From Eubacteriales bacterium (GTDB taxonomy: Bacteria; Bacillota; Clostridia; Oscillospirales; CAG-382), in NCBI GenBank assembly GCA_045642945.1, contig JAZUJV010000145.1, positions 1 through 34,479 of the forward strand: DNA of 34,479 bases, read 5' to 3'. Made by a program: the position numbers and the translations under genes. Below, in pieces: positions 7,802 to 17,459 of this stretch. Numbering within the stretch: the first letter of the stretch is position 1; each line of letters starts with the position of its first letter. Below the pieces are notes generated by a model. The model was not told the DNA's origin and did not search any database. It was given only the letters and a program-made list of their open reading frames with translations.

Positions 7802-9622
7802 ATGAACGTCTCCGAACAAAACAGATATAAAGTTACCGGATATATCGCTTATCATCTTCTTCCGGTATCGGCGCTGTTCGTGATCTGTTCGCTTGTTTCG
7901 CTGTTCGGCGAGGTCGATCTGTTTCCCAATAAAGCTTCCGCGTGGGTATGCTTTGCGGCGGCGCTGATCGCCGTTTTGCTCCCGATGCTTTCGATGCTTC
8001 TTATGCGGTTCGGCGCGCCGAAGCTTTTCGGGCACGCGGTAATGCTCGGTGCGCTTGCCGAAGCGGCGCTGACGACCATATTCTTCGGGCTTTGCGCGCT
8101 TCCGCTGTTCATACTGCCGATGATACTTTCGATATACTACCAAAAGAGGCGGATGACGAAATATGCTTCCGCCGTCGGCGCTTCGCTGATGCCCGTTTCT
8201 GCGCTTATATCATATTTCTGTAAGACGGGAACGTTTTATTCGGGCGCGGAAAAATCGGACGCCGCCTTCTATGCCGAGCTCGCCGCGCTTTTCGTGATCC
8301 TCATATCCGAATGTGCCGCCGTCGTCTCGGTATCGGTTTACAGCATAAAGCTGACGAATTTTCAAAAAAGTCTCGCGAGCACCGTCGCGAAGGACGAACG
8401 CCTCGGCGTTTTCAGCCGCGGACAGTTCCAGCTCACGATGAAACAAAGGCTCGAGCGCGGCGATATGCTCGTCGTTACCGACATCGTGAAATTCTCGGTC
8501 TTCAACGAGCTTTTCGGCCACGAAGCGGGCGACAAGCTGCTTAAAGGCATAGCCGACCTGCTTATAAAATACACCGGCGAAAACGGGATAGTCGGGCGCC
8601 TCGGCGACGACCACCTCATTTTCCTGATACAAAAAGACTCCTACGACCCCGAAAAGCTCGTCTCGATGCTTTTCCATAACGAGGAGCTCGCGGGGAATCT
8701 TCATTACACGGTGGATACAATCTGCGGCGTTTACGAAATAACCGACGGGCGCATCTCCGCCGAGGTCATGTGCGACCGTGCTCTTATGGCGGTTCACAGC
8801 CAGAAGGCGAAAACCGAGGGTTTGGCGGTCTACCGCGAATCCATGCTCTACGACGCGCGCAAGAGCAAAGAGTTCCTCGCGGAATTAAAAACCGCGCTCG
8901 ACCAGAACCAGTTTATCCTGTTCTTACAGCCGCAATGCACGTCCGACGGAACGGTTACGGGCGCCGAGGTGCTTTCGAGATGGCAGCACCCCGACAGAGG
9001 CATAGTCCACCCGAACGTTTTCATCCCGATATGCGAGGAATACGGGCTTATCTCCCGCCTCGACCTCGATATATGGGAAAAAGCGGCGGAGACGATAGCC
9101 GATTGGAACGCGAGAGGAAAAAAAGAATTATCGCTTTCGATAAACCTGTCGCTCGTCGACCTGTATGAAATGGACGTTTACAAAGAGCTGCTCGGCATCA
9201 CTAAGAAATACAAAATAGACCCGAAGCGGCTCCACCTCGAAATAACCGAAACGGGACTTATGAAGGACCTTAAACGAATGGTCGAGATAATCGAAAATCT
9301 GCGCGGGGCGGGCTTCATAGTCGAAATAGACGATTTCGGGAACGGGAATTCCTCGCTCGGGATGCTTAGCGAAATAGAAGTCGACGCGATAAAGCTCGAT
9401 ATTTCCTTCATCAAGCGGCTTGAAACGGGCAAAAACGCCGTAACCGTATTAAAAATCATCACCGAGCTCGTAAAAAGCCTCGGTACGCTTCCGATAGTCG
9501 AAGGCGTCGAAAACAAAGAACAGTTAAAAATTCTTACCGAAATAGGATACGAGCATTTTCAGGGTTATTATTTCGGAAAACCGATGTCGGTTTCCGAATT
9601 CGAAGAAAAATTCATGCAGTAA
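7802..9622 (+). CDS. membrane-anchored degenerate-GGDEF / EAL c-di-GMP phosphodiesterase
   Basis: 606 aa with a GGGAGGGA RBS and roughly 5-6 N-terminal hydrophobic segments. The GGDEF position reads RLGDDHL (degenerate, no RxxD). The EAL domain carries GAEVLSRW, SINLS, LEITET, EIDDFGNGNSSL, KLD, EGVE and QGYYFGKP. Confidence 0.9.
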   Translation: MNVSEQNRYKVTGYIAYHLLPVSALFVICSLVSLFGEVDLFPNKASAWVCFAAALIAVLLPMLSMLLMRFGAPKLFGHAVMLGALAEAALTTIFFGLCALPLFILPMILSIYYQKRRMTKYASAVGASLMPVSALISYFCKTGTFYSGAEKSDAAFYAELAALFVILISECAAVVSVSVYSIKLTNFQKSLASTVAKDERLGVFSRGQFQLTMKQRLERGDMLVVTDIVKFSVFNELFGHEAGDKLLKGIADLLIKYTGENGIVGRLGDDHLIFLIQKDSYDPEKLVSMLFHNEELAGNLHYTVDTICGVYEITDGRISAEVMCDRALMAVHSQKAKTEGLAVYRESMLYDARKSKEFLAELKTALDQNQFILFLQPQCTSDGTVTGAEVLSRWQHPDRGIVHPNVFIPICEEYGLISRLDLDIWEKAAETIADWNARGKKELSLSINLSLVDLYEMDVYKELLGITKKYKIDPKRLHLEITETGLMKDLKRMVEIIENLRGAGFIVEIDDFGNGNSSLGMLSEIEVDAIKLDISFIKRLETGKNAVTVLKIITELVKSLGTLPIVEGVENKEQLKILTEIGYEHFQGYYFGKPMSVSEFEEKFMQ

Positions 9623-9646
9623 AATTCCGCGGAAGGAGGACCGCAC

Positions 9647-11734
9647 ATGACGGATACCGTGCTTATAACGGGATATACCGATTTTATAACCGACGATTTC
9701 ATCGCCAACGCTTTTCCGCACCACCGTGTGGTCATCACCGGCGGTACACAGGTAAAAAACTCGTCCGAAAACAAGGTCTCTGTATATAAAGGAGACCTCG
9801 ACGAAGCGGCGTGCCGCAAGCTTTTCAGAATGTACGATTTCGAAAAAGTCGTGTTCTTCTCGGGCGGGACCGCGCCTTTCTGCACGATAGACGGCGACGA
9901 GCTCGAAAAACTTCCGGTCGTGCTTTCCCATTGCGGCGAGGACACGAAAATACTTTACGTTATGGGCAACGAGCACCCCTCGACCGACCCCGCTTCCGTT
10001 ATCGAATTCGCGGCGAAGGAGATATGCGGAAGAAGCTCCTACCGAACGCAGGGCGTGAACATCGTCGTTTCTCCGTGGATATACGATATGTACGCGCCGC
10101 AGCCCGCGCTTTTCGGATATTTCGAAAAGGGGCTCCATACCATTCCGTTCTCCGCGGGGCAGGAGCTGTCTTTCCTCGCGGCGGAGGACCTCGCGCTGCT
10201 TATTTTCAGGATGTTCGATAACTGGGATATCTCGATAGAGCCCTATTACGTCGCGAACGTTTTCGTCGATACCGCCGAAAAATTCACTCTGCTCGCCGAA
10301 AGAGAGCTCGGGACCGACGACGTTTCCTACGAATTCACCGAATCGCGCCGCTATGACCTGACCGCGTGGAAAAACACCGAGCTTCGCACGAGGTTCATGT
10401 GGTTCCCCGTCTATTCGTTTTTCGAGGACCTGCCCAAAATAATCAGCCATTATAAAGAATCCAAGCCCAAAAAGGCGGGACTTCTCGACAGGATACTCAA
10501 AAAGAACAACATCATAATCCGTATCCTCGAGCTTCTCGTCGGATATGCGATATGCGAATTCCTTATGAGGATAACCGGCGTGGATATCCATTTCAAAATG
10601 ATAGATTTCCGCCTCCTTTACGTCGTCGTCATCGGAATAATGTACGATATGTATATGGGGCTCGCCGCGGCGCTTATCGCCTCGATATCACTCGTTTTCG
10701 CCTATTTCCGCGGCGGAACGAGCTGGCTCAACCTGTTCTACGAGCCGGCGAACTGGCTGCCGTTCATCGCGTATTTCACGGTCGGCGCTCTTTGCGGATA
10801 TATAAGGGCGAGAGACCGCGACCTGCTGACGTTTTCAAAAAACGAAACGACGTCTATTCAGGAAAGATACGATTATCTTATTTCGATAAACGAAGATATC
10901 CTTCAGGAAAAGAAGGATTACAAACAGCAGATAATCGGAAGCCGCGACAGCTTCGGCAAGATTTTCAAAATAACCCGACAGCTCGACGACGTAAACCCGA
11001 AATATATCCTCGCGAGGGCGACGGAGATAATCGAAAACGTTATGTCGAACCCGAGCGTCGGGATATACAACTGCAACTGCGGACGCAATTTCGGCAGGCT
11101 CGCCATCTCGTCAAGGGGCGTCGAGTTCCCGTTCTCGCAGATGATGAAGCCGTTTTACGATAAGCTCGAAATTCTCGCCGACGGCGAGGTATACGTCAAC
11201 CGCGACCTCGAAGAGGGTATGCCGAAATATATGTACGCCATAAGGAAAAACGGCGAGATAGATACCGTAATAATGCTTAAATACGCGGAATACAGCCAGA
11301 TGACGCTTTATTACGAAAACCTTTTCAAGGTCCTCTGCGGGCTGATATCGAGCTCGCTTATCCGCGCCTCCGATTACCAAAGCGTCGTCCACGAGGCAAA
11401 AACGGTCAAAGGCACCGAAAACGTTTTATCCTCCGAATTTTTCAAAGAAGAATTAAGGCTCGCGCTCGACAGCCGCGAAAAGAACCTTGCCACTCACCTT
11501 CTTATAAGGATCCCCTGTGCCGAGGAAGAGCTCGCCGAAAAGGAAAAGCTCGCGGCGAAATGCGTCAGGAACACCGACGAGCTCGGCTATTCTGACGGCT
11601 TTATCTACGTGCTTCTTTATCAGGCTCTGCCGCGGGATACCGAATTTATCCTGCCGAGGTTTTCGGACGCGGGATTGACGTGTGAGTTTCTCGACATCGA
11701 CGCGCAAAGCGAGTTTGCGGGGGACGAACGATGA
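9647..11734 (+). CDS. pelD: PelD-like c-di-GMP receptor (degenerate SDR-like domain, 4 TM, GAF-like, degenerate GGDEF)
   Basis: 695 aa with a GGAAGGAGGA RBS. The N-terminus VLITGYTDFITDDF is a degenerate Rossmann motif. A central hydrophobic block (ILELLVGYAICEF...FTVGALCGYI) follows. The C-terminus has RNTD five residues ahead of SDGFI in place of GGDEF. The gene sits directly ahead of the pelE/A/F/G-like genes. Confidence 0.75.
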   Translation: MTDTVLITGYTDFITDDFIANAFPHHRVVITGGTQVKNSSENKVSVYKGDLDEAACRKLFRMYDFEKVVFFSGGTAPFCTIDGDELEKLPVVLSHCGEDTKILYVMGNEHPSTDPASVIEFAAKEICGRSSYRTQGVNIVVSPWIYDMYAPQPALFGYFEKGLHTIPFSAGQELSFLAAEDLALLIFRMFDNWDISIEPYYVANVFVDTAEKFTLLAERELGTDDVSYEFTESRRYDLTAWKNTELRTRFMWFPVYSFFEDLPKIISHYKESKPKKAGLLDRILKKNNIIIRILELLVGYAICEFLMRITGVDIHFKMIDFRLLYVVVIGIMYDMYMGLAAALIASISLVFAYFRGGTSWLNLFYEPANWLPFIAYFTVGALCGYIRARDRDLLTFSKNETTSIQERYDYLISINEDILQEKKDYKQQIIGSRDSFGKIFKITRQLDDVNPKYILARATEIIENVMSNPSVGIYNCNCGRNFGRLAISSRGVEFPFSQMMKPFYDKLEILADGEVYVNRDLEEGMPKYMYAIRKNGEIDTVIMLKYAEYSQMTLYYENLFKVLCGLISSSLIRASDYQSVVHEAKTVKGTENVLSSEFFKEELRLALDSREKNLATHLLIRIPCAEEELAEKEKLAAKCVRNTDELGYSDGFIYVLLYQALPRDTEFILPRFSDAGLTCEFLDIDAQSEFAGDER

Positions 11735-12708
11735 AAGCCATTCTTATTTCGGTCATCGTCATCCACGTCATCCTGTGCGCGATAGCGATACTTCTGACGA
11801 TTTTCAAAAAACTCCGTCTGCGCCCGATGGCGCTGACCTATCTTATACTCGTTCCGATATTCGGGCCTGTCAGTATTCTGTTTCTTCATATCCACAAGCT
11901 CCGCGGCGGCGAAGACGCCGAGGTGAACGTCTCGAAATTCCGTATAGAAGCGGATATATACCGTTCGATCGGATTTTCGACCGACGAGGACGAAGACGTC
12001 GTTTCGCTCGAAGAGGCGATGATTTTAAACGATTCGAACACCCGCCGCAGCCTTATAATGGACCTCGTGAAAGAAAACGTCGTCCCGCTCGAAGAAGCGC
12101 TGACATTAAGCACCTCGAACGTTCGCCGTAAGCTTATGATGGACGTGCTGAACTCCGACACCGCGGCGTTTTACGGATTGCTTGAACAGGCAAGGCTTAA
12201 CGACGACGTCGAGGTGGTGCATTTCGCGACGACGGCGATGTCCGAGCTTAACAAACAGTACGATTTAGAGCTCGAGCATTTCCGCAAGCTCGACGAGGCC
12301 GAGCCCGAAAACGCCGAAATGCTTTATGAATACTGCGGCTGTATGAAAAGCTTTCTCGAGCTCGAAATAATAAAAGGTCAGATGCTCGAGATGAGGCGGG
12401 CGCAGTATATCGACCTGTTAAAAAGACTTATCGCGCTCGAGCCCACGCCCGAAAGCTATTGCGATTTAGCCGAGCAGCTTATGCTCGCCGACAGGTTCGA
12501 CGAGGCGAAATCGACCTTTGACGATATGTTCGAGCGTTACCCCGAAAACGAAAACGTCTGGATACTTTATATAGAATATTTCGTCCGTCTCGGCGACGGC
12601 GCGGAGGTAAAAAAGCAGGTCGAGGAGGCTTTGCGCGAGCATATTTATTTCAGCTCCGCCACTTATGAAAGACTCTCGTTCTGGCTTGAAAAATCGGGGA
12701 GCAAATAA
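11731..12708 (+). CDS. pelE: PelE-like membrane protein with TPR-like C-terminal domain
   Basis: 325 aa, with an ATGA overlap on the pelD stop. Two N-terminal TM segments are present. There is a tandem 22-aa repeat (VVSLEEAMILNDSNTRRSLIMDLV / VVPLEEALTLSTSNVRRKLMMDVL), then TPR-like helices (YCDLAEQLMLADRFDEAKSTFDDMFERYPENENVW). Assignment rests mainly on position and architecture. Confidence 0.6.
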   Translation: MKAILISVIVIHVILCAIAILLTIFKKLRLRPMALTYLILVPIFGPVSILFLHIHKLRGGEDAEVNVSKFRIEADIYRSIGFSTDEDEDVVSLEEAMILNDSNTRRSLIMDLVKENVVPLEEALTLSTSNVRRKLMMDVLNSDTAAFYGLLEQARLNDDVEVVHFATTAMSELNKQYDLELEHFRKLDEAEPENAEMLYEYCGCMKSFLELEIIKGQMLEMRRAQYIDLLKRLIALEPTPESYCDLAEQLMLADRFDEAKSTFDDMFERYPENENVWILYIEYFVRLGDGAEVKKQVEEALREHIYFSSATYERLSFWLEKSGSK

Positions 12709-12741
12709 TTTTCCGAAAAATACGAATAAGGAGGCAACACC

Positions 12742-14589
12742 GTGGGAGAATCCCAGAAAACGAAATATATAACGATTTTCGGCATCCTTGCCGTGTTCCT
12801 TCTTATAGCCGCGATACTTTTCGCCGAAAGAGCGGGAATACAGATAAAGGAAAAAGAAGAAAAAATATCCTATCTCGATCCCGAAAAGGTCGTATATATC
12901 GAAGACGCGATGAGCGGGATGAAAAAAGAATGTCTTATCCTCACCGACCTCGGAAGAAACGACAGCGCGGACGCATATACTGAATTTGACAGGATGCTTC
13001 TCGATATGAAGGTCCCGAACGACGTAATCGACCTCGGAAGCGAAAAGATGCCGGAGGACCTTTCCGGATATTCCTCCGTCATACTTCTGACGCCCGACGC
13101 AGACGCGCTCGGAAGCGATATCGAAAGACTTTCCGATTGGGTAAGCGGCGGCGGTAATCTGCTTATCGCGATGACGCTCGAGTTCAGCCCCTCCTCGGAA
13201 TTTCTGCTCGAAAAGGCGGGCGCGGTCTATTTCGGGCCGTATATCGTCGTGCGCGATTTATGGGTAGACAAAAACTTTATGCTCGGCGGCGGACAGTCTT
13301 TTCCGATCCCCGACCCCTTCGATTCTTCGAGAATGGTACAATTACGCGAAGACGCGGAGATTTACGCGAGGGCGAACGGCGAAAACGGCGTTCCGATAAT
13401 ATGGTCGAGGGATTTCAAGGACGGAAAGATCGTAACCGTCAACCTCGGCTTATACGAAAAATCCACCCGCGGCTTCTATGCGATGGCTTATTCGCTGCTC
13501 GACGACGTCTGCGCCTATCCCGTGCTCAACGGGCTCGTCGTATTCCTCGACGATATGCCCTCCCCCGTTCCCGAGGGAGAATCGCAGTATATCGAAAGAG
13601 ATTATCATATGAGCATCGCGGATTTCTATGTCAATAAGTGGTTCCCCGATATAGAAAATCTATCGAAAAAATATAACTTCCCTCTCGTCGGTCTGATAAT
13701 AGAAAACTACGGCAAAGACGTTTTCGGGAACACCGCGAGACAGCCCGACACCGCGCGTTTCCTCTATTTCGGCAACCAGATACTCAGAAGCGGCGGCGAG
13801 CTCGGATACCACGGCTATAACCACCAGCCGCTGACGACGACTATAGATTACGGCGACCTTTTCAATTACACGGCTTGGGAAAACGACGGCGCCATCGCCG
13901 CGAGCTTCGGCGAGCTTATGGATTTTTCCGAGATGCTTTACCCCGACGCGAACATTTCGGTCTACGTGCCGCCTTCCAATATAATGACGGAAGAGGGACG
14001 CGAATATATCGGCTCGATATTCCCGAAAGTCAGAACGGTGTCCGGGACTTATTTCGAAGACGCCGCTTACGATTATTCCTATACGACAGAATTTTTCGCC
14101 GCGAGAGACGGCGTCGTGGAGCTGCCGCGAATATCCTCCGGCTCGGTCCCCGACGATTTTATGGGCATGGCGATACTTTCCGAGCTGAATATGCACATGG
14201 CGTTCTCGCATTTCATCCACCCCGACGACGCGATGGACGTCGACAGAGGTGCCGAGCTCGGCTGGCCGACGCTTTATAAAAATCTTAACACGCTCTTCGA
14301 CTACGTTACCGAAAGCGCCCCCGCGATGCGCCACGTCGACGCCTCGACGCTCGCCTGCACGGTACAGAGATGGAGCGGTCTGACGGTCGATAAAAAATGG
14401 AGCAAAAGCGGGAACAAGGAAGTTCTTACCGTTACCCTCGGCAATTATATCGACGAAGCTTATCTTATGATGAGATTCAATACCGGCGCTCCGGACGGCG
14501 TCAGCGGAGGAAAACTTACGAAAATGACGGAAACGCTTTATCTGCTCGAAGCGGAAGGCGCCGTCGTTACCTTTGAATGGAACAGGTGA
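12742..14589 (+). CDS. pelA: membrane-anchored PelA(DA)-like polysaccharide deacetylase (DUF2194-like)
   Basis: 615 aa with a GTG start 7 nt after AAGGAGG. It has an N-terminal TM (ITIFGILAVFLLIAAILFA). CE4-like metal-ligand motifs FLDDMPSP and GYHGYNHQ are present. The gene lies between the pelE-like and pelF-like genes. Confidence 0.7.
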   Translation: MGESQKTKYITIFGILAVFLLIAAILFAERAGIQIKEKEEKISYLDPEKVVYIEDAMSGMKKECLILTDLGRNDSADAYTEFDRMLLDMKVPNDVIDLGSEKMPEDLSGYSSVILLTPDADALGSDIERLSDWVSGGGNLLIAMTLEFSPSSEFLLEKAGAVYFGPYIVVRDLWVDKNFMLGGGQSFPIPDPFDSSRMVQLREDAEIYARANGENGVPIIWSRDFKDGKIVTVNLGLYEKSTRGFYAMAYSLLDDVCAYPVLNGLVVFLDDMPSPVPEGESQYIERDYHMSIADFYVNKWFPDIENLSKKYNFPLVGLIIENYGKDVFGNTARQPDTARFLYFGNQILRSGGELGYHGYNHQPLTTTIDYGDLFNYTAWENDGAIAASFGELMDFSEMLYPDANISVYVPPSNIMTEEGREYIGSIFPKVRTVSGTYFEDAAYDYSYTTEFFAARDGVVELPRISSGSVPDDFMGMAILSELNMHMAFSHFIHPDDAMDVDRGAELGWPTLYKNLNTLFDYVTESAPAMRHVDASTLACTVQRWSGLTVDKKWSKSGNKEVLTVTLGNYIDEAYLMMRFNTGAPDGVSGGKLTKMTETLYLLEAEGAVVTFEWNR

Positions 14590-16042
14590 ACTTGTGAAAA
14601 TATGCCTGATACTCGAGGGCTCGTATCCGTACGTTAACGGAGGCGTGTCTACCTGGATGCACAATTATATAAAAGGGATGCCGGAACAGGAATTTATCCT
14701 CTGGGTAGTCGCCGACAAAGCGGAAAAGAAGGGCAATTTCGTTTACGAAATACCCGAAAACGTTACCGAGGTGCACGAGATATTCCTTGACGACGCGCTC
14801 AAGCTCAAAGCGGACAAGGATTTCAAGGCGTCCTTCACCGATCACGAGGTCGAACAGCTGCGCAGGCTGATGGATTGCAAAAATCCCGAATGGGAAACGC
14901 TGTTTTCGCTTTATCAGGACCGCAGGATCGACCCGATGGCGTTTTTGCAAAGCGACGCGTTTTTAAAGATACTTACGGATATGTGCTTGAAGGATTATCC
15001 GTACATAGCGTTTTCCGACGCGTTCCATACGATAAGGTCGATGCTTCTGCCCGTGCTTTATCTTTTGAGCGCCGAAGCGCCCGAGGCGGACGTCTACCAT
15101 TCGACCTGCACGGGCTACGGCGGACTTCTCGCCTGCCTCGGCGGATATATCCATAAAAAGCCCGTGCTTCTGACCGAGCACGGCATCTATACGCGCGAGC
15201 GCGAGGAAGAGATAATCCGCGCCCGATGGGTACAGCCGGCGTTCAAAAAGCGCTGGACCGACTTCTTTTATATGCTCTCGGATATGATATACCGCCGTGC
15301 TTTCCGCGTTACGTCGCTTTTCGGCTACGCGAGAAAAATACAAATAGAGCTCGGCACAAATCCCGACAGCGCCTACGTCATCGCGAACGGCGTGAACTAC
15401 GACGCTTTTTCGAAAATACCCTTAAAAGAAGACGACGGCTTCGTAGATATCGGAGCGGTCGTGCGGCTTGCGCCGATAAAAGACATAAAAACCATGATAT
15501 ACGCGTTTTTCGAGCTTTCTTCGAGGCGGAAAAACGTAAGACTTCATATAATGGGCGGCACCGACGACGAAAAATACGCCGAGGAATGTTTTTCGCTCGT
15601 GGAATCAATGGGGCTTGACAACGTCATTTTCACGGGAAGAGTAAACGTTCTCGATTATCTTAAAAAGATAGATTTCACCATTCTGACGAGCATTTCCGAA
15701 GGTCAGCCGCTCTCCGTGCTCGAATCGTTCGCGGCGAGAAGACCCGCCGTCGTTACCGACGTCGGATGCTGCCGTGCGCTTATAAGCGGCGAGGATGGCG
15801 ACGAACTCGGCGAAGCGGGATACTGCGTGCCGCCGATGTACCGCGAAGGTCTCGCCGACGCGATGGAGCACATGTGCGAAAGCCGCGTAAGGCGCGAAAA
15901 GATGGGCGAGATAGGACAAAGACGCGTCGAAGCGTATTATCAGCATTATATGATGCTTGAAAATTATGAGAATCTGTATAAGGAGGTAGAAGAGCACTTT
16001 GGCGGGGATAGGATTCGAACTGAAGAAGCTGTATTCGGGTAA
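14573..16042 (+). CDS. pelF: PelF-like GT4 glycosyltransferase
   Basis: The ORF-track start is TTG at 14573, overlapping the pelA stop. The GTG at 14594 (V/MKICLILEG), preceded by AGGTGA, is an equally plausible start. It has the hallmark N-terminus KICLILEGSYPYVNGGVSTW and the EX7E motif EGQPLSVLE. Confidence 0.88.
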   Translation: MNGTGELVKICLILEGSYPYVNGGVSTWMHNYIKGMPEQEFILWVVADKAEKKGNFVYEIPENVTEVHEIFLDDALKLKADKDFKASFTDHEVEQLRRLMDCKNPEWETLFSLYQDRRIDPMAFLQSDAFLKILTDMCLKDYPYIAFSDAFHTIRSMLLPVLYLLSAEAPEADVYHSTCTGYGGLLACLGGYIHKKPVLLTEHGIYTREREEEIIRARWVQPAFKKRWTDFFYMLSDMIYRRAFRVTSLFGYARKIQIELGTNPDSAYVIANGVNYDAFSKIPLKEDDGFVDIGAVVRLAPIKDIKTMIYAFFELSSRRKNVRLHIMGGTDDEKYAEECFSLVESMGLDNVIFTGRVNVLDYLKKIDFTILTSISEGQPLSVLESFAARRPAVVTDVGCCRALISGEDGDELGEAGYCVPPMYREGLADAMEHMCESRVRREKMGEIGQRRVEAYYQHYMMLENYENLYKEVEEHFGGDRIRTEEAVFG

Positions 16043-17459
16043 AGGCGTATTCTCCGGAATAAGAGCCGTCGGTTATTCGACAGCCGTCTGCGCCGGCCCG
16101 ATGATACTCGGGATCCTTCTGCTTCTCGGGATAACTTTTCTATGCTCGTTTTTCGGAAGAAGCGGCCACGACAGAGAACTGCTCGTCTGTATGACGACCT
16201 ACAGCCTGCTCGGCTCGCTTCTGATAACGAGTTACTTTTCGATGATAATAACGAGATTTCTCGCCGATATGCTGTTTTCCGACCATAAAGAGGCGATTCT
16301 GCCGTCGTTTTTCGGGATAAACACGATAACGCTCGTCGTTGGCGGGATCCTTTACGCGATATATCTTTTCTTCTGCGGCTCACCGTTCATCCAATGCTTT
16401 TTCTGCTGGTGCTTCTTTATGGAGCTTATAGTTACCTGGAACGCGCAAAGCTATCTTACCGCGGTCAAGGAATATCGGATGATACTGCTCTCCTACGTGC
16501 TCGCCATCGTCGTCTCGCTCGGGCTGACGGCGCTGTTCCTCTGGAAAGGCGCACCGACGGTAACCGGCGTTCTCATCGCGCTCTGCGCGGGCTACGGAGT
16601 TATGCTTCTCTTCGATTTCGCGCTGATTTTCAGGCGTTTTCCCGACAGCAACCTCAGCCCGTTTATGTTTATGCGCTGGGCGGACAAATATCATTCGCTC
16701 ACCTTTTCGGGCTTGTTTATGACGGTTGGGCTTTTTTCGCATCTTATTATAATCTGGTGCAGCCCTTTACGCGTGATCGTCGAAGGCCTTTGGATGTGCG
16801 CGCCGTACCACGACGTTCCCGCTCTCGTCGCGTTTTTGAGCATACTGATAACCACCGTCAGCTTCGTAGTCTCGGTGGAGGTCAATTTTTATCCGAAATA
16901 TAAAGATTATTTCGCGCTTTATAACGACAAAGGAACGATAAAGGATATCTTGCGCACCGAAAAAGAAATGGTCGGCACGCTTAAAAGCGAGCTTTGGTAC
17001 ACGGGATTAAAACAGCTGTTTTTCACCGCCGCGGTCATCTCGATAGAGGAATTCGTGCTCGGCAGACTTCCGCTCGGGTTCAACGGCCTGATGCACGGAT
17101 ATTTCAGAACGCTTTGCGTCGGCTACGGTATCTACGCCGTCGCGAACTGTATATTCCTTATGCTGCTTTATTTCACCGATTACCGCGGAGCGCTCACCGC
17201 GTCGGCGGTTTTCGCGGCGGCGACGACGGGATTTACGCTTTTGTCGCTGCTTTTCGACGTAAAATACTATGGGTTCGGGTTCCTGCTCGGCTCGGCGGCG
17301 TTCTTTATATACGGCGTCGTGCGGCTGTCGTATTTCACAAGAAAACTTCCGTATTTCATCCTTGCGGTTCAGCCGCTCGTCGGCGAATCGAAAGAAGGGC
17401 AGTTCACCAAACTCGGAAAAATGATAGAGAAAAAAACTGAAGAGGAAAGAAGAAAATGA
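15999..17459 (+). CDS. pelG: PelG-like polysaccharide exporter (polytopic membrane protein)
   Basis: The TTG start lies 12 nt after AAGGAGG and overlaps the pelF 3' end by 44 nt. The N-terminus MAGIGFELKKLYSGKG is typical of PelG. Roughly a dozen hydrophobic segments follow. Confidence 0.85.
   Translation: MAGIGFELKKLYSGKGVFSGIRAVGYSTAVCAGPMILGILLLLGITFLCSFFGRSGHDRELLVCMTTYSLLGSLLITSYFSMIITRFLADMLFSDHKEAILPSFFGINTITLVVGGILYAIYLFFCGSPFIQCFFCWCFFMELIVTWNAQSYLTAVKEYRMILLSYVLAIVVSLGLTALFLWKGAPTVTGVLIALCAGYGVMLLFDFALIFRRFPDSNLSPFMFMRWADKYHSLTFSGLFMTVGLFSHLIIIWCSPLRVIVEGLWMCAPYHDVPALVAFLSILITTVSFVVSVEVNFYPKYKDYFALYNDKGTIKDILRTEKEMVGTLKSELWYTGLKQLFFTAAVISIEEFVLGRLPLGFNGLMHGYFRTLCVGYGIYAVANCIFLMLLYFTDYRGALTASAVFAAATTGFTLLSLLFDVKYYGFGFLLGSAAFFIYGVVRLSYFTRKLPYFILAVQPLVGESKEGQFTKLGKMIEKKTEEERRK

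Noticed and set aside
7149-7805. ORFs of 106, 64 and 60 aa (7149-7469, 7471-7665, 7623-7805) in the intergenic region after the small peptide gene
   Set aside because: They run through a terminator, the family-1 hairpin array and an AT-rich promoter region. No RBS and implausible composition.
9524-10591. 355-aa minus-strand ORF antisense to the EAL 3' end and pelD
   Set aside because: Shadow ORF. It spans an intergenic RBS region of the + strand genes, has no motifs and has biased R/F/E/G composition.
13660-14664. 334-aa minus-strand ORF antisense to pelA/pelF
   Set aside because: Shadow ORF antisense to genes with clear CE4-like and PelF motifs. No RBS and no domain features.
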